Shown one piece after another: positions 28,312 through 37,848 of a stretch of 64,000 bases of DNA (the first letter of the stretch is position 1; each line of letters opens with the position of its first letter). Under the pieces are notes generated by a model. That model was not told where the DNA came from and searched no databases. It saw only the letters and a list, made by a program, of their open reading frames with translations. Source of the stretch: Candidatus Latescibacterota bacterium (lineage in GTDB: Bacteria > Latescibacterota > UBA2968 > GCA-2709665). Location: positions 5,184,001 through 5,248,000 of the forward strand of contig OZ252100.1 in NCBI GenBank assembly GCA_965248435.1. The letters run 5' to 3'. A program made the translations under genes and the position numbers.

Positions 28312-28400
28312 CATCAGCGGGGCGCAGGCCGGTCCAGCGACCCGCAACTTGCCCGGTGTGACGTTTGTTGTAGTCGGGGGGCGTCATATCGGGCTTTTCT
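28312..28400 (+). ncRNA. Putative sigma54-dependent small RNA (~90 nt)
   Basis: Follows the sigma54 motif. Hairpin 1 at 28317-28345, hairpin 2 at 28351-28394 with G-U pairs, then TTTTCT. Both flanking genes are on the minus strand. Confidence 0.6.
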
Positions 28401-28481
28401 ATGCCCAGGACAAAAGGGACACCGGCTTGGGATGAATGAAACTACACAAAACCTGTCAAGTCAAGCTTGAACCGAATCCGT

Positions 28482-28862
28482 TCAGATCGCGGCCGTGGCC
28501 TCGATCTCCACGTGCGCACCCGCAGGCAGGGCGGAAACCTGGACACACGAGCGCCCTGGAGGATCTTCGGTAAAGTAGCCGGCGTAGACCGCGTTCATCT
28601 CGGCGAAGTCGGCGATATCCGTAAGGTATACGACGGTACGGACCACGTTTCCCATGCCCGCCCCAGCGGCCTCGAGGATGGCGTGGATGTTTTCCAGTGT
28701 CTGACGGGTCTCCGCCGCGATGCCGCCGTCCACGATTTTTCCCGTTTGGGGATCGATGCCCTTCTCCCCCGCAACGAAGATGAAGTTGCCCACCTTGATG
28801 CCCTGTGAATAAGGACCTACCGGCAGGGCGGCCTTTTCGCTGGTGATGACTTCCTTTTTCAC
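28482..28862 (-). CDS. ridA: RidA family reactive intermediate/imine deaminase
   Basis: GPYSQG, DFAEMNAVYA.YF, PGRSCV, LP.GA.VEIE. Confidence 0.85.
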   Translation of the reverse strand: MKKEVITSEKAALPVGPYSQGIKVGNFIFVAGEKGIDPQTGKIVDGGIAAETRQTLENIHAILEAAGAGMGNVVRTVVYLTDIADFAEMNAVYAGYFTEDPPGRSCVQVSALPAGAHVEIEATAAI

Positions 28863-28932
28863 TTAGCTTTCTCCTCCTCAACACATTTTTGGACGATTCG
28901 AAACCTTGTTTGACTCTACCCAGGAGCCCGCC

Positions 28933-29328
28933 GTGGCTGTGGCCAAGCATCTCGCGTTTCTCGATCAGGGTGCGGAAGCCTGGAACCGATGGCGGGAGGA
29001 GTTTCCGAAACTGAGGCCAGGCCTTACCGGGGCCAAGCTGGCGGGTCGAGAATTCGGAAAAATGGATCTCAAGAAGGTGAACCTGAGCGGTGCCGACCTG
29101 AGTGGCAGCGACTTCACCGGATCCGATCTGGGTTGGGCCGACTTGAGCGGTGCCGATTTGAGGCGGGCAGATTTGAGTGGAGCCCGGCTTATCTTCGCCG
29201 ACCTCACCGGCGCCGATCTAAGGGAGGCTAGAGGATTGAACCGGATGCAGGTGGGAGAAGCGATTACGGACAAAGCAACCCGCCTTCCGGGTGATCTTGA
29301 CCGACCGGCTGAAGCGCAGCGATCATGA
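28933..29328 (+). CDS. Pentapeptide repeat protein
   Basis: WNRWR N-terminus; tandem A(D/N)LxG repeats. Confidence 0.85.
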   Translation: MAVAKHLAFLDQGAEAWNRWREEFPKLRPGLTGAKLAGREFGKMDLKKVNLSGADLSGSDFTGSDLGWADLSGADLRRADLSGARLIFADLTGADLREARGLNRMQVGEAITDKATRLPGDLDRPAEAQRS

Positions 29329-30480
29329 TCGACTGATGTCAAGGACCCTGCTTCCGCCTGCCCCCTTTTCGAATGTAGAATTGTCGATCTTTTCCTTCAG
29401 CTTCTCCAAATAAAGGTCCTCATCCACGGGGATCTCTACCCAGCCGTCGGTCCACGCGGAGAGGAGCATGGCATTCGATAGCTCGAGGCTGTGGATGCCC
29501 TCTTCGCCTGGAGCGATCAGCGGCGTTCCTTCCAAGATCGACTCCACCCAGTTTTTCGTGAGAACGTGGTGTCCCTCTTCGACATCCGGGATCGGGATAT
29601 CGCATTCCCAGGTTTCAGGCATCCCGAACCCGCCCGTGTGTTCACGTGTAAACTGGCGGACCGGCACTCGCGTTCGCCAGAAGGTGATCCGCCCGTTCTC
29701 CGCCACGACCTTTCCCCGGTCCGCCGCGATCTCGAACCGGTCCGTGCCGGGGGCCTCGCCCGTCGTTGCCACGAACAGGCCGGTGGCGCCGTTTTCGTAC
29801 TCGACAAAGGCGGTCACGTCGTCCTCCACCTCGATGTCGTGGTACTTCCCGAACTGGCAGAAGGCTCGAACCCGTTTCGGCATTCCACATATCCACTGCA
29901 ATAGATCCAGGTTGTGGGGACACTGATTCATCAGGACCCCTCCGCCTTCACCTGACCACGTTGCCCGCCAGCCCCCGGAATCATAGTAGCTTTGCGCCCG
30001 GAACCAATGCGTGACGACATAGTTGATTCGGAGGATTTCTCCCAGTTCCCCCGAGGAGACAATCTCTTTCAGTTTTCGACTCTGAGAAACGGCCCGCCTC
30101 TGGAACATGATACTGAAGACGCGGTCGCTCTTTGCCGCCGCTTCGTTCATTTTTCGAACCTGCTTCGTATAGACACCCGCGGGCTTTTCTACCATCACGT
30201 GGAGGCCGTTCCCGAAAGCTTCGATCGCCAGCGAAGAATGGTCGTAGTGGGGCGTGCAAATGATGACGCCGTCCGTCGTGCCCGAGGAGAGGAGCGCCGC
30301 GGCGTCGCTGAACGTGTGGATTCCCTCCCCGAACCTCTCGCTCGCACCTTCGGTTCGTCGCGGGTCGCTGTCGCAGATCGCCGTCAATTCTGCGTGAGGC
30401 ACCCTGCCGGCGGAGATGTGGGCAGCGTGTCCGCTTCCCATGTTCCCTGCACCGATGATGCCGATTCGAACCTTGCCCAT
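29323..30480 (-). CDS. Gfo/Idh/MocA family oxidoreductase
   Basis: GIIGAGNMG, CTPHYDH, VEKP, GGGVLMNQCPHNLD. Confidence 0.9.
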   Translation of the reverse strand: MGKVRIGIIGAGNMGSGHAAHISAGRVPHAELTAICDSDPRRTEGASERFGEGIHTFSDAAALLSSGTTDGVIICTPHYDHSSLAIEAFGNGLHVMVEKPAGVYTKQVRKMNEAAAKSDRVFSIMFQRRAVSQSRKLKEIVSSGELGEILRINYVVTHWFRAQSYYDSGGWRATWSGEGGGVLMNQCPHNLDLLQWICGMPKRVRAFCQFGKYHDIEVEDDVTAFVEYENGATGLFVATTGEAPGTDRFEIAADRGKVVAENGRITFWRTRVPVRQFTREHTGGFGMPETWECDIPIPDVEEGHHVLTKNWVESILEGTPLIAPGEEGIHSLELSNAMLLSAWTDGWVEIPVDEDLYLEKLKEKIDNSTFEKGAGGSRVLDISRS

Positions 30481-30696
30481 CCCTTTTCCCTGATTTCGAA
30501 GATGAAAGAAATTGTTTGCAGAAGATACAAACGCCCCGTTGCTTCGACAACAAAAACAGGAAGTGTGGAGGCAGGGTGAGACGCGATGGGGTCCCTGACC
30601 CTTGACGTCCTCTCCCACAGGAATATATTCTCGAGGTTTCGCATACTCCAGATCGAGATTTCACATCCGACGGCATAAGCCGGGAGGGTTTCCCTA

Positions 30697-32517
30697 TTGG
30701 ATTCGAACTGGTTTGAGATCAAACTGCCGCGCAACCTGGACCGATTGACGGACCCGGATCGCGATTTGGTGCGTGATGAGCAGATGGTCTCGATAGGCGG
30801 CGGCGTATGGCTTCTCCTTCTTCGAGGCTCGGAGAAGGGGCCGCTCTGGATTCTGAAACCGAGGTGGAAGCGGCCCAGGCCGATCGGAAATTTTGAAACC
30901 GTCCAGGCCATTGCCCCTGCGGGTGGGGAGGCGGCCCTCGTGCAGTCCGACGACGCCCTCTGGAAGATCAAGGAAAGCGGGAGAAGGAGGAAGCTGATCG
31001 ACCTGCCGAAAGGGTTGACCTCGGTCGACTTCCAATGGCAGGGCGGACGTGTGATTGTGGCCGGGTTCGTGGACCGAGCACAGGCCCCTGACGCTTCAGC
31101 GCCGAAATTCCAACCTGCTCCCAGGGGAGAGATCACGCTTTGCCGCTATGCAAAGAAGGGCGGGTGGGCCGATTTGGCGGAGGTAGCAGCGGGATGCGGC
31201 GGGCTCAGTCTTTCCGGCGACGGAAGCAGGATGGTCTGGAGAGAGCCGGTGAACACGGTGCCGGAGGAGGCGCAGAGGGCGGAGTTCAGGGGATTCGATC
31301 TGACCGATAAAGGGACTCGGTCGCTCACCGAAGGGGCGGGCAGGGCCGGAAAAGCGCTGATGGCTCCCGATGGTTCTGGCTTGATCTACGAGGCCAATCA
31401 CCAAACGAGCCTCCCGATCACGACCCATACAGACGTATGGTGGATGTCGTGGGACGGAGACAAGAGGCGGAGACTGACAAGAGGTGAGCGGCAAATCGAG
31501 GACTTCGGATGGGGTCCTGGCGGGAACTCTGTGTGGGTTTCGAATACCGATGGCGTGAATCGGTCGACAGAAGTCTTGTGTATGGATGGTTCGGTCGGCG
31601 AGGTTCTTGAGCCGGCCGCCACATCCCCCGTCGTTTGGTCGGATGAGGGGAAGCCGGCATACGAGACTGAGGATCGGGCAGAGCTCCCGAAGATCCGAAT
31701 CGACGGCCGAACTGTGGAGATCCCTCAGATCGAAGCCTTCGAGGACCTGCATGTTATGCCCGTCCGATGGTCTGCGCCGGATGGTCTGGATCTGCACGGT
31801 GTCGTATACGAGGCCGCAGAGACGCCTGGGGATGCGCCGCTCCTCGTCAAGGCCCACGGGGGTCCGGCCGGTACGGTGGAGGCGCTGAAAAGCGAGGCCG
31901 TGCGCTACCAGTATCTTCTACGGGCCGGGTATCGCGTGTTCAACCCGGCCTTTCGAGGATCTCTCGGATTTGGAGACGCCTTTTTGCGGGGAAATATCGG
32001 CTGCCAGGGAGAGGCAGACCTGGATGACATCCTGTCGGGGGTCGATCATCTGGCTTCGTCGGGCAAGGCCTCGCCCGATCGTGTGGGGATCTTCGGGGGG
32101 TCCTACGGGGGCTACATGACACTGCGGGCCCTGGCCGTGACGGATCGATTTCGGGCAGGGGTTGCGCTCTACGGTTTCGTTTTAAATCGATGGATGACTC
32201 TGGAGACAGGGGACTTTACGTATGAACGCGAATATGTTGCCCCGCTCTCGTGGCCTCCGTCCGAAGCTGCGGTCAGGAGCGATGTCTTCAGTCACCTGGG
32301 TTCGATCGACGCTCCGCTGCTTCTGCTTCACGGCGACCGCGATCCGATCTGCTCACTCTCACAATCGGTTGTCACGTGTCGAGCGCTGGAAGCGAGAGGC
32401 GTCCGGGTCGGTCTTGTGATCTATCCGGGAGAGGGGCACGGATTTCGGAAGAAGATGAACGTGAGGGATTGTGCGCGTCGAACGCTCGCCTGGTTTTTGG
32501 AGCATCTGCCACCCTAG
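30697..32517 (+). CDS. S9 (prolyl oligopeptidase) family peptidase
   Basis: HGGP, RGSLGFG, GGSYGG nucleophile, HGDRD, YPGEGHGF. Confidence 0.85.
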   Translation: MDSNWFEIKLPRNLDRLTDPDRDLVRDEQMVSIGGGVWLLLLRGSEKGPLWILKPRWKRPRPIGNFETVQAIAPAGGEAALVQSDDALWKIKESGRRRKLIDLPKGLTSVDFQWQGGRVIVAGFVDRAQAPDASAPKFQPAPRGEITLCRYAKKGGWADLAEVAAGCGGLSLSGDGSRMVWREPVNTVPEEAQRAEFRGFDLTDKGTRSLTEGAGRAGKALMAPDGSGLIYEANHQTSLPITTHTDVWWMSWDGDKRRRLTRGERQIEDFGWGPGGNSVWVSNTDGVNRSTEVLCMDGSVGEVLEPAATSPVVWSDEGKPAYETEDRAELPKIRIDGRTVEIPQIEAFEDLHVMPVRWSAPDGLDLHGVVYEAAETPGDAPLLVKAHGGPAGTVEALKSEAVRYQYLLRAGYRVFNPAFRGSLGFGDAFLRGNIGCQGEADLDDILSGVDHLASSGKASPDRVGIFGGSYGGYMTLRALAVTDRFRAGVALYGFVLNRWMTLETGDFTYEREYVAPLSWPPSEAAVRSDVFSHLGSIDAPLLLLHGDRDPICSLSQSVVTCRALEARGVRVGLVIYPGEGHGFRKKMNVRDCARRTLAWFLEHLPP

Positions 32518-32617
32518 GGATGCGATGAGCAAGTCGGTCATCCCTGGCAGTTGCTGATTCTTTAGACTCGCCAGGTGAGCGGCAGTCCTAAAACTCGCTG
32601 GATGCACCGCTCAATGC

Positions 32618-32983
32618 CATCAGGGCCGCGGTGTGCGACTTACCGTGCAGAGAGTGGATTTCTCCACCCAGCGGTTTGGTTTCTCAGTGATCGTGAGCGC
32701 GTGGAGAGGATTTGGCCGTCCTGCCGTGATCATTTTTTCCACTGAGGGTAAGGTGCCGCGGCCTAAGCCTCCCCGGCGTTTGAGGGGCGTCTTTCTTTTG
32801 CCTTCGGGCGCGGCACGCCGCGCCCCTACGGCGAAATCTTGGAGTGTAGGGGCACAGCCGCGCTGTGCCCAAGGGTGGCGGTTGCGGTAGCCCTTTTCTT
32901 GTGGCGAGACAAGAAAAGCATGCCCTGAGCTTGCCGAAGGGTTGGCCGCCGGAGGCACGGGGCTGTGGGGTGGGGCGAATGGC
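32618..32983. mobile_element. Structured non-coding repeat (MITE-like), copy 2, with nested insertions
   Basis: Colinear with 12313-12566 apart from inserts at about 32801-32892 and 32919-32941. Confidence 0.7.
32806..32870. repeat. Inverted doublet of GTAG-family REP sequences
   Basis: GTAGGGGCGCGGCGTGCCGCGCCC on the minus strand (32806-32829) and GTAGGGGCACAGCCGCGCTGTGCCC on the plus strand (32846-32870). Confidence 0.75.
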
Positions 32984-33011
32984 TTCAGGGTCTAATAAAC
33001 ACGAGTGTCTT

Positions 33012-34280
33012 TTACTCGGAAACCGACACACCTTCCACGGAATCGAGTGAAGGCGGTCTTCCGCCGGGGAAATATTCATACCCACGGAGGTCGATAGGCG
33101 ATGCGGTCCCGGCCCACTCTACGCCCAGTTCAGAGAAGAGTTTTCCCTCCTCGAACGTCTGATCGAGCAGGTCCGAAATGCCCTCGATGGTCTGAAACCG
33201 GTCTACGACCCCATCCCGATTCGTTTCTGAGACCTCTTCGACGTGCGAGGCAGGTATTTGAGCGATTTCAGGACAGCTTTCGTGGGCGCCGTTAGCGCAG
33301 AGGGTCTGTGAGTTGCTGTTTTCAGGGATGCAGAGGAGCTCGGCCCCTTCGCGAATACCCTGGATCACATTGCGGAAGGGGAGGGTCGCGAGGTCGACGT
33401 CACCGTTGTCGAGTCTCTCTTCCTTCCCGTCTTCGTGGTCGATCCGGGTTTCTCCCTCCTCGAACTTCCAGTTGGCGATCGCGTTCTCACAGAAAAGTCG
33501 CATCCGCGGATGTTTAGTCTCCATCGTCGCGTGTGAGAACGCGAGAACGATCTCCACGCCGCTCGTGGTCAGCACGCGCATGCTTACGGTATCGGCAGTC
33601 TCGATATCACGAGCGTGATAGAGTTCGGCCTCTACCGACGCCACACCTGCTGTCTCGTTCTGATCGGCGCCGCAGAGGAAGAGGGCGTTGTTGAGATAGT
33701 GCGAAAACGCATTGTTGAACAGGCTGTCGATCACCCACCTGTCGCCAAGCTTGAGCTTTCCCGCCCATTCGTTTCGTGTGTAGTAGACATCCCCCCTCGG
33801 CCATCCGGACTTGACGTGGATCATCTTTGGTAGACCCAGAGCCCCTTCCAGAAGTCGCGATTTCAGAGTCTGAATCGATCGGCTGTAGATATTCTGATAG
33901 CCGATGGCGACGTGTCTTCCGGTCTTCCGCTTTGCGGCGATGACCCGATCTGCCTCCTGTACGACAGAGGTGAGCGGTTTTTCGCAGACGACGTCGCAGC
34001 CGCTCTCGATACAGGCTACGGTCTGCGGGACGTGGTCGTGCATGCCCGTGGCCAGCGTCACGACGTCGACCCCACCTGCGCTCAAGAGGTCTTCGAGCGA
34101 TTCGAAGGTCCGGATCCCTCTCTGAGAAAGCACCGCGAGCTGGTCGGCAACTCGATCTGGACGATGATCCACGACGGCCTCCAGCCGGGCGATCCCTTCG
34201 GCTTCGAGCGTGTTGATGACGTCGATGTGCGTGTCGCCATATCCGCCGATTCCAACGACAGCGAACCTCACAGGCTCCAT
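33012..34280 (-). CDS. Gfo/Idh/MocA family oxidoreductase
   Basis: AVVGIGGYG, CEKP, NNAFSHY. Confidence 0.9.
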   Translation of the reverse strand: MEPVRFAVVGIGGYGDTHIDVINTLEAEGIARLEAVVDHRPDRVADQLAVLSQRGIRTFESLEDLLSAGGVDVVTLATGMHDHVPQTVACIESGCDVVCEKPLTSVVQEADRVIAAKRKTGRHVAIGYQNIYSRSIQTLKSRLLEGALGLPKMIHVKSGWPRGDVYYTRNEWAGKLKLGDRWVIDSLFNNAFSHYLNNALFLCGADQNETAGVASVEAELYHARDIETADTVSMRVLTTSGVEIVLAFSHATMETKHPRMRLFCENAIANWKFEEGETRIDHEDGKEERLDNGDVDLATLPFRNVIQGIREGAELLCIPENSNSQTLCANGAHESCPEIAQIPASHVEEVSETNRDGVVDRFQTIEGISDLLDQTFEEGKLFSELGVEWAGTASPIDLRGYEYFPGGRPPSLDSVEGVSVSE

Positions 34281-34539
34281 AAGACTCCTCTTCGAACTGT
34301 TCCGTGGGAATTAAAGCGTTTCGGCAAAGGAAGAAAAGCAAACCGATAAGATGAGGCAAGGGGCAATGTCACCACTCAGCGAAGAAGGCATGGATCCTCG
34401 GAAGGGCCTCTCCGAGTGACTGGAATCGGTTCGAAGCATACTTCGCTTATTTTCCCCTTGACACAGTTCGGGTCGATGGCGTTATTGTTTTTGAGTTGAA
34501 AGAACCGCTTTTTCTGACACGTAACTATTGTATAAACAA

Positions 34540-35391
34540 ATGGATACAAGCTGCCTTCAGTACTGTCTCACCGCCGAAGAGCGGACACAGTTCGAAGAAC
34601 GGGGTTACTTCATCCTCGATCAAGTCCTGTCTCCTGAGATGGTGACCAAACTGACCGCCGCGTCGGACCGAGTCGACGCAGCTTTTCGCGCGAAGGAGGG
34701 GTTGGGCCCTCACGACCGATCCAACGTCATGGGGTTTGCCGGCGAAGACGAGCTCTTCCTGGAGCTCGTCGACTGGCCCAGGACCTTTCCCAAGGTCTGG
34801 GGAATCCTGGGGTGGAACATCCAACTGTATCACGCGCACATGACCATCACCCCTCCGAACGATCCTGGTCTGCCGCGTGTCAAGCAGCGGCTTCACTGGC
34901 ACCAGGACAGCGGTCGTCTGAACAAAGACATCGAGTCGATCCCAAGACCCCGCATTTCTCTGAAGGTCGCCTATTTCTTGTCCGACACCACCGAAGAGGG
35001 CCGGGCGAATTTTTACGTCATACCGGGAAGCCATCTCTCTGGCAGGCTGGACTTACCTGGCGATGGCGTTTCGGACCCCGATGCGGCCGTTCCGGTTCGC
35101 GTTCCGCCAGGAACGGCCGTCTTGTTCGATCGGAGGCTCTGGCACTCAGCGAGTGAAAACTTTTCGGACGTGACACGGAAGGTTCTGTTCTATGGTTACA
35201 GCTATCGGTGGCTGCGTCCGAGGGATGACATGTCAATCGTTCGATTCATGGATCGTTGCGATCCGATTCGGCAGCAGCTTCTCGGAGCAAGTGCTACGGG
35301 AGGCCGTGGATTCACCAGCCCGGAAGATGTGGACGTGCCCTTGCGCGCCTGGCTTGGGGAGCATCTGGGCGAAGAAGCCGTCGTCGCGTGA
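34540..35391 (+). CDS. Phytanoyl-CoA dioxygenase (PhyH) family protein
   Basis: FEERGY, WHQD, VIPGSH, FDRRLWH. Confidence 0.9.
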   Translation: MDTSCLQYCLTAEERTQFEERGYFILDQVLSPEMVTKLTAASDRVDAAFRAKEGLGPHDRSNVMGFAGEDELFLELVDWPRTFPKVWGILGWNIQLYHAHMTITPPNDPGLPRVKQRLHWHQDSGRLNKDIESIPRPRISLKVAYFLSDTTEEGRANFYVIPGSHLSGRLDLPGDGVSDPDAAVPVRVPPGTAVLFDRRLWHSASENFSDVTRKVLFYGYSYRWLRPRDDMSIVRFMDRCDPIRQQLLGASATGGRGFTSPEDVDVPLRAWLGEHLGEEAVVA

Positions 35392-35406
35392 GAAAGTGAG
35401 GAAGAA

Positions 35407-36483
35407 ATGAAATTAGGCCTCTTCATGATGTCGCTTCATCCGCCCGAGAAAGATCGGACGACCTGCTTCGATGAAGATCTCGAGCTGGTCGTTCTGGCGG
35501 ACAAATTGGGGTTCACGGAGGCCTGGGTCGGTCAGCACCATACGGCCGGGTGGGAGCCGATCCCCTCGAACGACGTGTTTATCGCCCACGCGCTGCCACA
35601 GACGAAGAACATCCGCTTTGGTACCGGGGTGACGATCATCACCCAGCACCATCCCGCCAACGTCGCGGTCAGACTGGCCTATCTCGACCACCTGGCCAAA
35701 GGTCGGCTCAACGTCGGCTTCGGACAGGGCGGCGTGCCGAGCGATTGGGCGCTCTTCGATCTGCCGGACCCGAGGGAGCAGGGTCTGATGAGCCTGGAGG
35801 CGATGGACATTGTGCTCAAGCTCTGGAAAGAAGAGGCGCCGTTCGAATACAAGGGCAAGTACTGGAACCTGAGGATGGAGGAAAAGGTCCCGGAACTTGG
35901 TTTGGGACAGCTGTTGAAACCTTATCAAAAGCCGCATCCGCCAATCGCGATGAGCATCGTAAAGGAGGAGTCGATGGCCGCAAAGACGGGCGGTCAACGA
36001 GGGTTTCTGCCGATCAGCATCAACATGGCCCCGGCCCACAAGGTGAAGCGGCAGTGGGAGCTCTACAACGAAGGCGCTGCAGAAGGGGGACAGCCGGAGC
36101 CCCAGCGTTCCAACTGGCGGATCTCGCGATCTATCTTCGTGGGCGAATCGGATGAAGCGGCCAGGGAACACGCACTGAACAGTCCGTTCATGGGGTCGCT
36201 CCTCTACCTCAGAGGGATGCTCACCCTTGCTGGCATGCTGGACCTGTTGAAGCGAGACCCCGATATGCCGGATGAAGCCGTCACCGCAGAGTATATCGTC
36301 GACAACATCGCCGTCGTCGGCAGCGTGGATACGGTGACGCGAAAGCTCCAGGATATCTACGACCTGACCGGAGGGTTTGGTACCGTGCTGATGATTGCTC
36401 ACGATTGGCACGACAGGGAGAAGTCGATGCGGTCGATTGAGCTGCTTGCAAAGGAAGTTGTGCCTGCTCTACCGGCTGTCTGA
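35407..36483 (+). CDS. Luciferase-like (LLM class) flavin-dependent monooxygenase
   Basis: MKLGLFM, ADKLGFTEAWVGQHH, LDHLAKGRL, PYQKPHPPI, ELLAKEV. Confidence 0.9.
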   Translation: MKLGLFMMSLHPPEKDRTTCFDEDLELVVLADKLGFTEAWVGQHHTAGWEPIPSNDVFIAHALPQTKNIRFGTGVTIITQHHPANVAVRLAYLDHLAKGRLNVGFGQGGVPSDWALFDLPDPREQGLMSLEAMDIVLKLWKEEAPFEYKGKYWNLRMEEKVPELGLGQLLKPYQKPHPPIAMSIVKEESMAAKTGGQRGFLPISINMAPAHKVKRQWELYNEGAAEGGQPEPQRSNWRISRSIFVGESDEAAREHALNSPFMGSLLYLRGMLTLAGMLDLLKRDPDMPDEAVTAEYIVDNIAVVGSVDTVTRKLQDIYDLTGGFGTVLMIAHDWHDREKSMRSIELLAKEVVPALPAV

Positions 36484-36495
36484 AGAGGGGAACGC

Positions 36496-36972
36496 ATGCC
36501 GTTTGATTCCACTTTGCAGCGACAGATCATGGGGCACTTCGCGACCGGTGTCACTGTTGTTACAACTCGCCTGGGTGACGAACTGTGGGGGATGACGGCG
36601 AACTCGGTCCTGTCTGTCTCGCTCGATCCTCCCCTGATGCTGGTTTCAGTCGATCTGCGCAACCGGATTCACAAGTTCCTGACAGAGAGCAAGTGTTTCG
36701 CGATCAACATCCTCACGGCGGAACAGGAATCCATCTCGAACCGGTTTGCGTCTCCGGGACCCAAAGATTTCTCCGGGATAGAGCTGACGACGGCAGAGAC
36801 GGGCGCGCCAATTTTCGCGGACGCCCTGGCATACCTGGACTGCAGACTCGTCGAAGTTGTCTCTGGCGGTGATCACGATATGTTTATGGGAGAACCTGTG
36901 GCGGGCAAGACGAGTGAGGGCCAGCCTTTGATCTTCTATCAGGGGAACTACACCGGGCTGGCGACTTCGTAG
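36496..36972 (+). CDS. Flavin reductase (HpaC/DszD-like)
   Basis: FATGVTVVT, GMTANS..SVSLDPP, GGDH. Confidence 0.9.
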   Translation: MPFDSTLQRQIMGHFATGVTVVTTRLGDELWGMTANSVLSVSLDPPLMLVSVDLRNRIHKFLTESKCFAINILTAEQESISNRFASPGPKDFSGIELTTAETGAPIFADALAYLDCRLVEVVSGGDHDMFMGEPVAGKTSEGQPLIFYQGNYTGLATS

Positions 36973-36989
36973 CCAGCGGAGGAGGAAGT

Positions 36990-37844
36990 GTGGCGGGATT
37001 GGATCCACAGCAGCTTTCGTTCTACAAGGACCAGGGATACCTCATCGTCGAAGATGCGTTCCCTCGAGGGAGTCTCGATCCTGTCATCAACGATCTGAGT
37101 CAGGAAATCGATCTTGCAGCTCAGGAAGCTCATTCAGAAGGCCGCCTCAGAGAGCTGTTCGAACAGGAGCCGTTCGAGCGGCGACTCCTCCGGATCAGCG
37201 AGGCCGTAAAAGATCCCACCGACATCCTGCGCAGAGTAAAGGGCAAGCGGAAGACACAGGGAACGTTCGATTTGATCACACACCCCGCGATCCTGGATAT
37301 CGTGGAGTCTGTGATCGGGTCCGAGATCCTGGCGCATCCCCAGTTCAACGTGCGGGCGAAGCTCCCTGGTGAGGACGAAACGGTCGTCCCGTGGCATCAG
37401 GACCTGGCCTACCTGCGGTCGGACGCCGAAGAGACCTTTATGGTCAACTTTTGGATCCCGCTCGTCGACACCACGCTTGAGAACGGGGGGATGGAGGTGA
37501 TTCCCGGCAGTCATAAAGTCGGGCTCATCGAGCACGAACACGACATGGGCCCTGCCGGAAATTTTTCCGGGATTCCGGACGAGAGGCTGCCGGAAGGGGC
37601 ACCGGTGGCCTGTCCCATCCGAAAAGGGGGACTGCTCATCATCCAGCACAGGACGGCACATCGTTCGGTCCCCAATCGGTCCGACCATATCCGCTGGAGT
37701 CTGGATCTGCGCTACAGCGATCCCTCCTTTCCCACCGGACGCGACGGCACACCCGGATTCATCGCCCGGAGTCGAAAACACCCCGAAGCGGTGGCCAAGA
37801 ACCATCTGGATTGGCTGGAATTATTCGAATCGCGTTCTGGATAG
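36990..37844 (+). CDS. PhyH family dioxygenase (tandem copy 1)
   Basis: PWHQD, VIPGSH, HRS.PN, RWSLDLRY. Confidence 0.9.
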   Translation: MAGLDPQQLSFYKDQGYLIVEDAFPRGSLDPVINDLSQEIDLAAQEAHSEGRLRELFEQEPFERRLLRISEAVKDPTDILRRVKGKRKTQGTFDLITHPAILDIVESVIGSEILAHPQFNVRAKLPGEDETVVPWHQDLAYLRSDAEETFMVNFWIPLVDTTLENGGMEVIPGSHKVGLIEHEHDMGPAGNFSGIPDERLPEGAPVACPIRKGGLLIIQHRTAHRSVPNRSDHIRWSLDLRYSDPSFPTGRDGTPGFIARSRKHPEAVAKNHLDWLELFESRSG

Positions 37845-37848
37845 AACT

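Noticed and set aside
28220-28470. Plus-strand ORFs 28220-28435 and 28258-28470 as the product of the sigma54 promoter
   Set aside because: Both start upstream of the promoter, lack an RBS, run through the terminator hairpin and look non-protein-like.
32620-33085. ORFs overlapping the repeat copies (also 11984-12576) as a transposase or small proteins
   Set aside because: Frames are not preserved between the two copies and show no transposase motifs.
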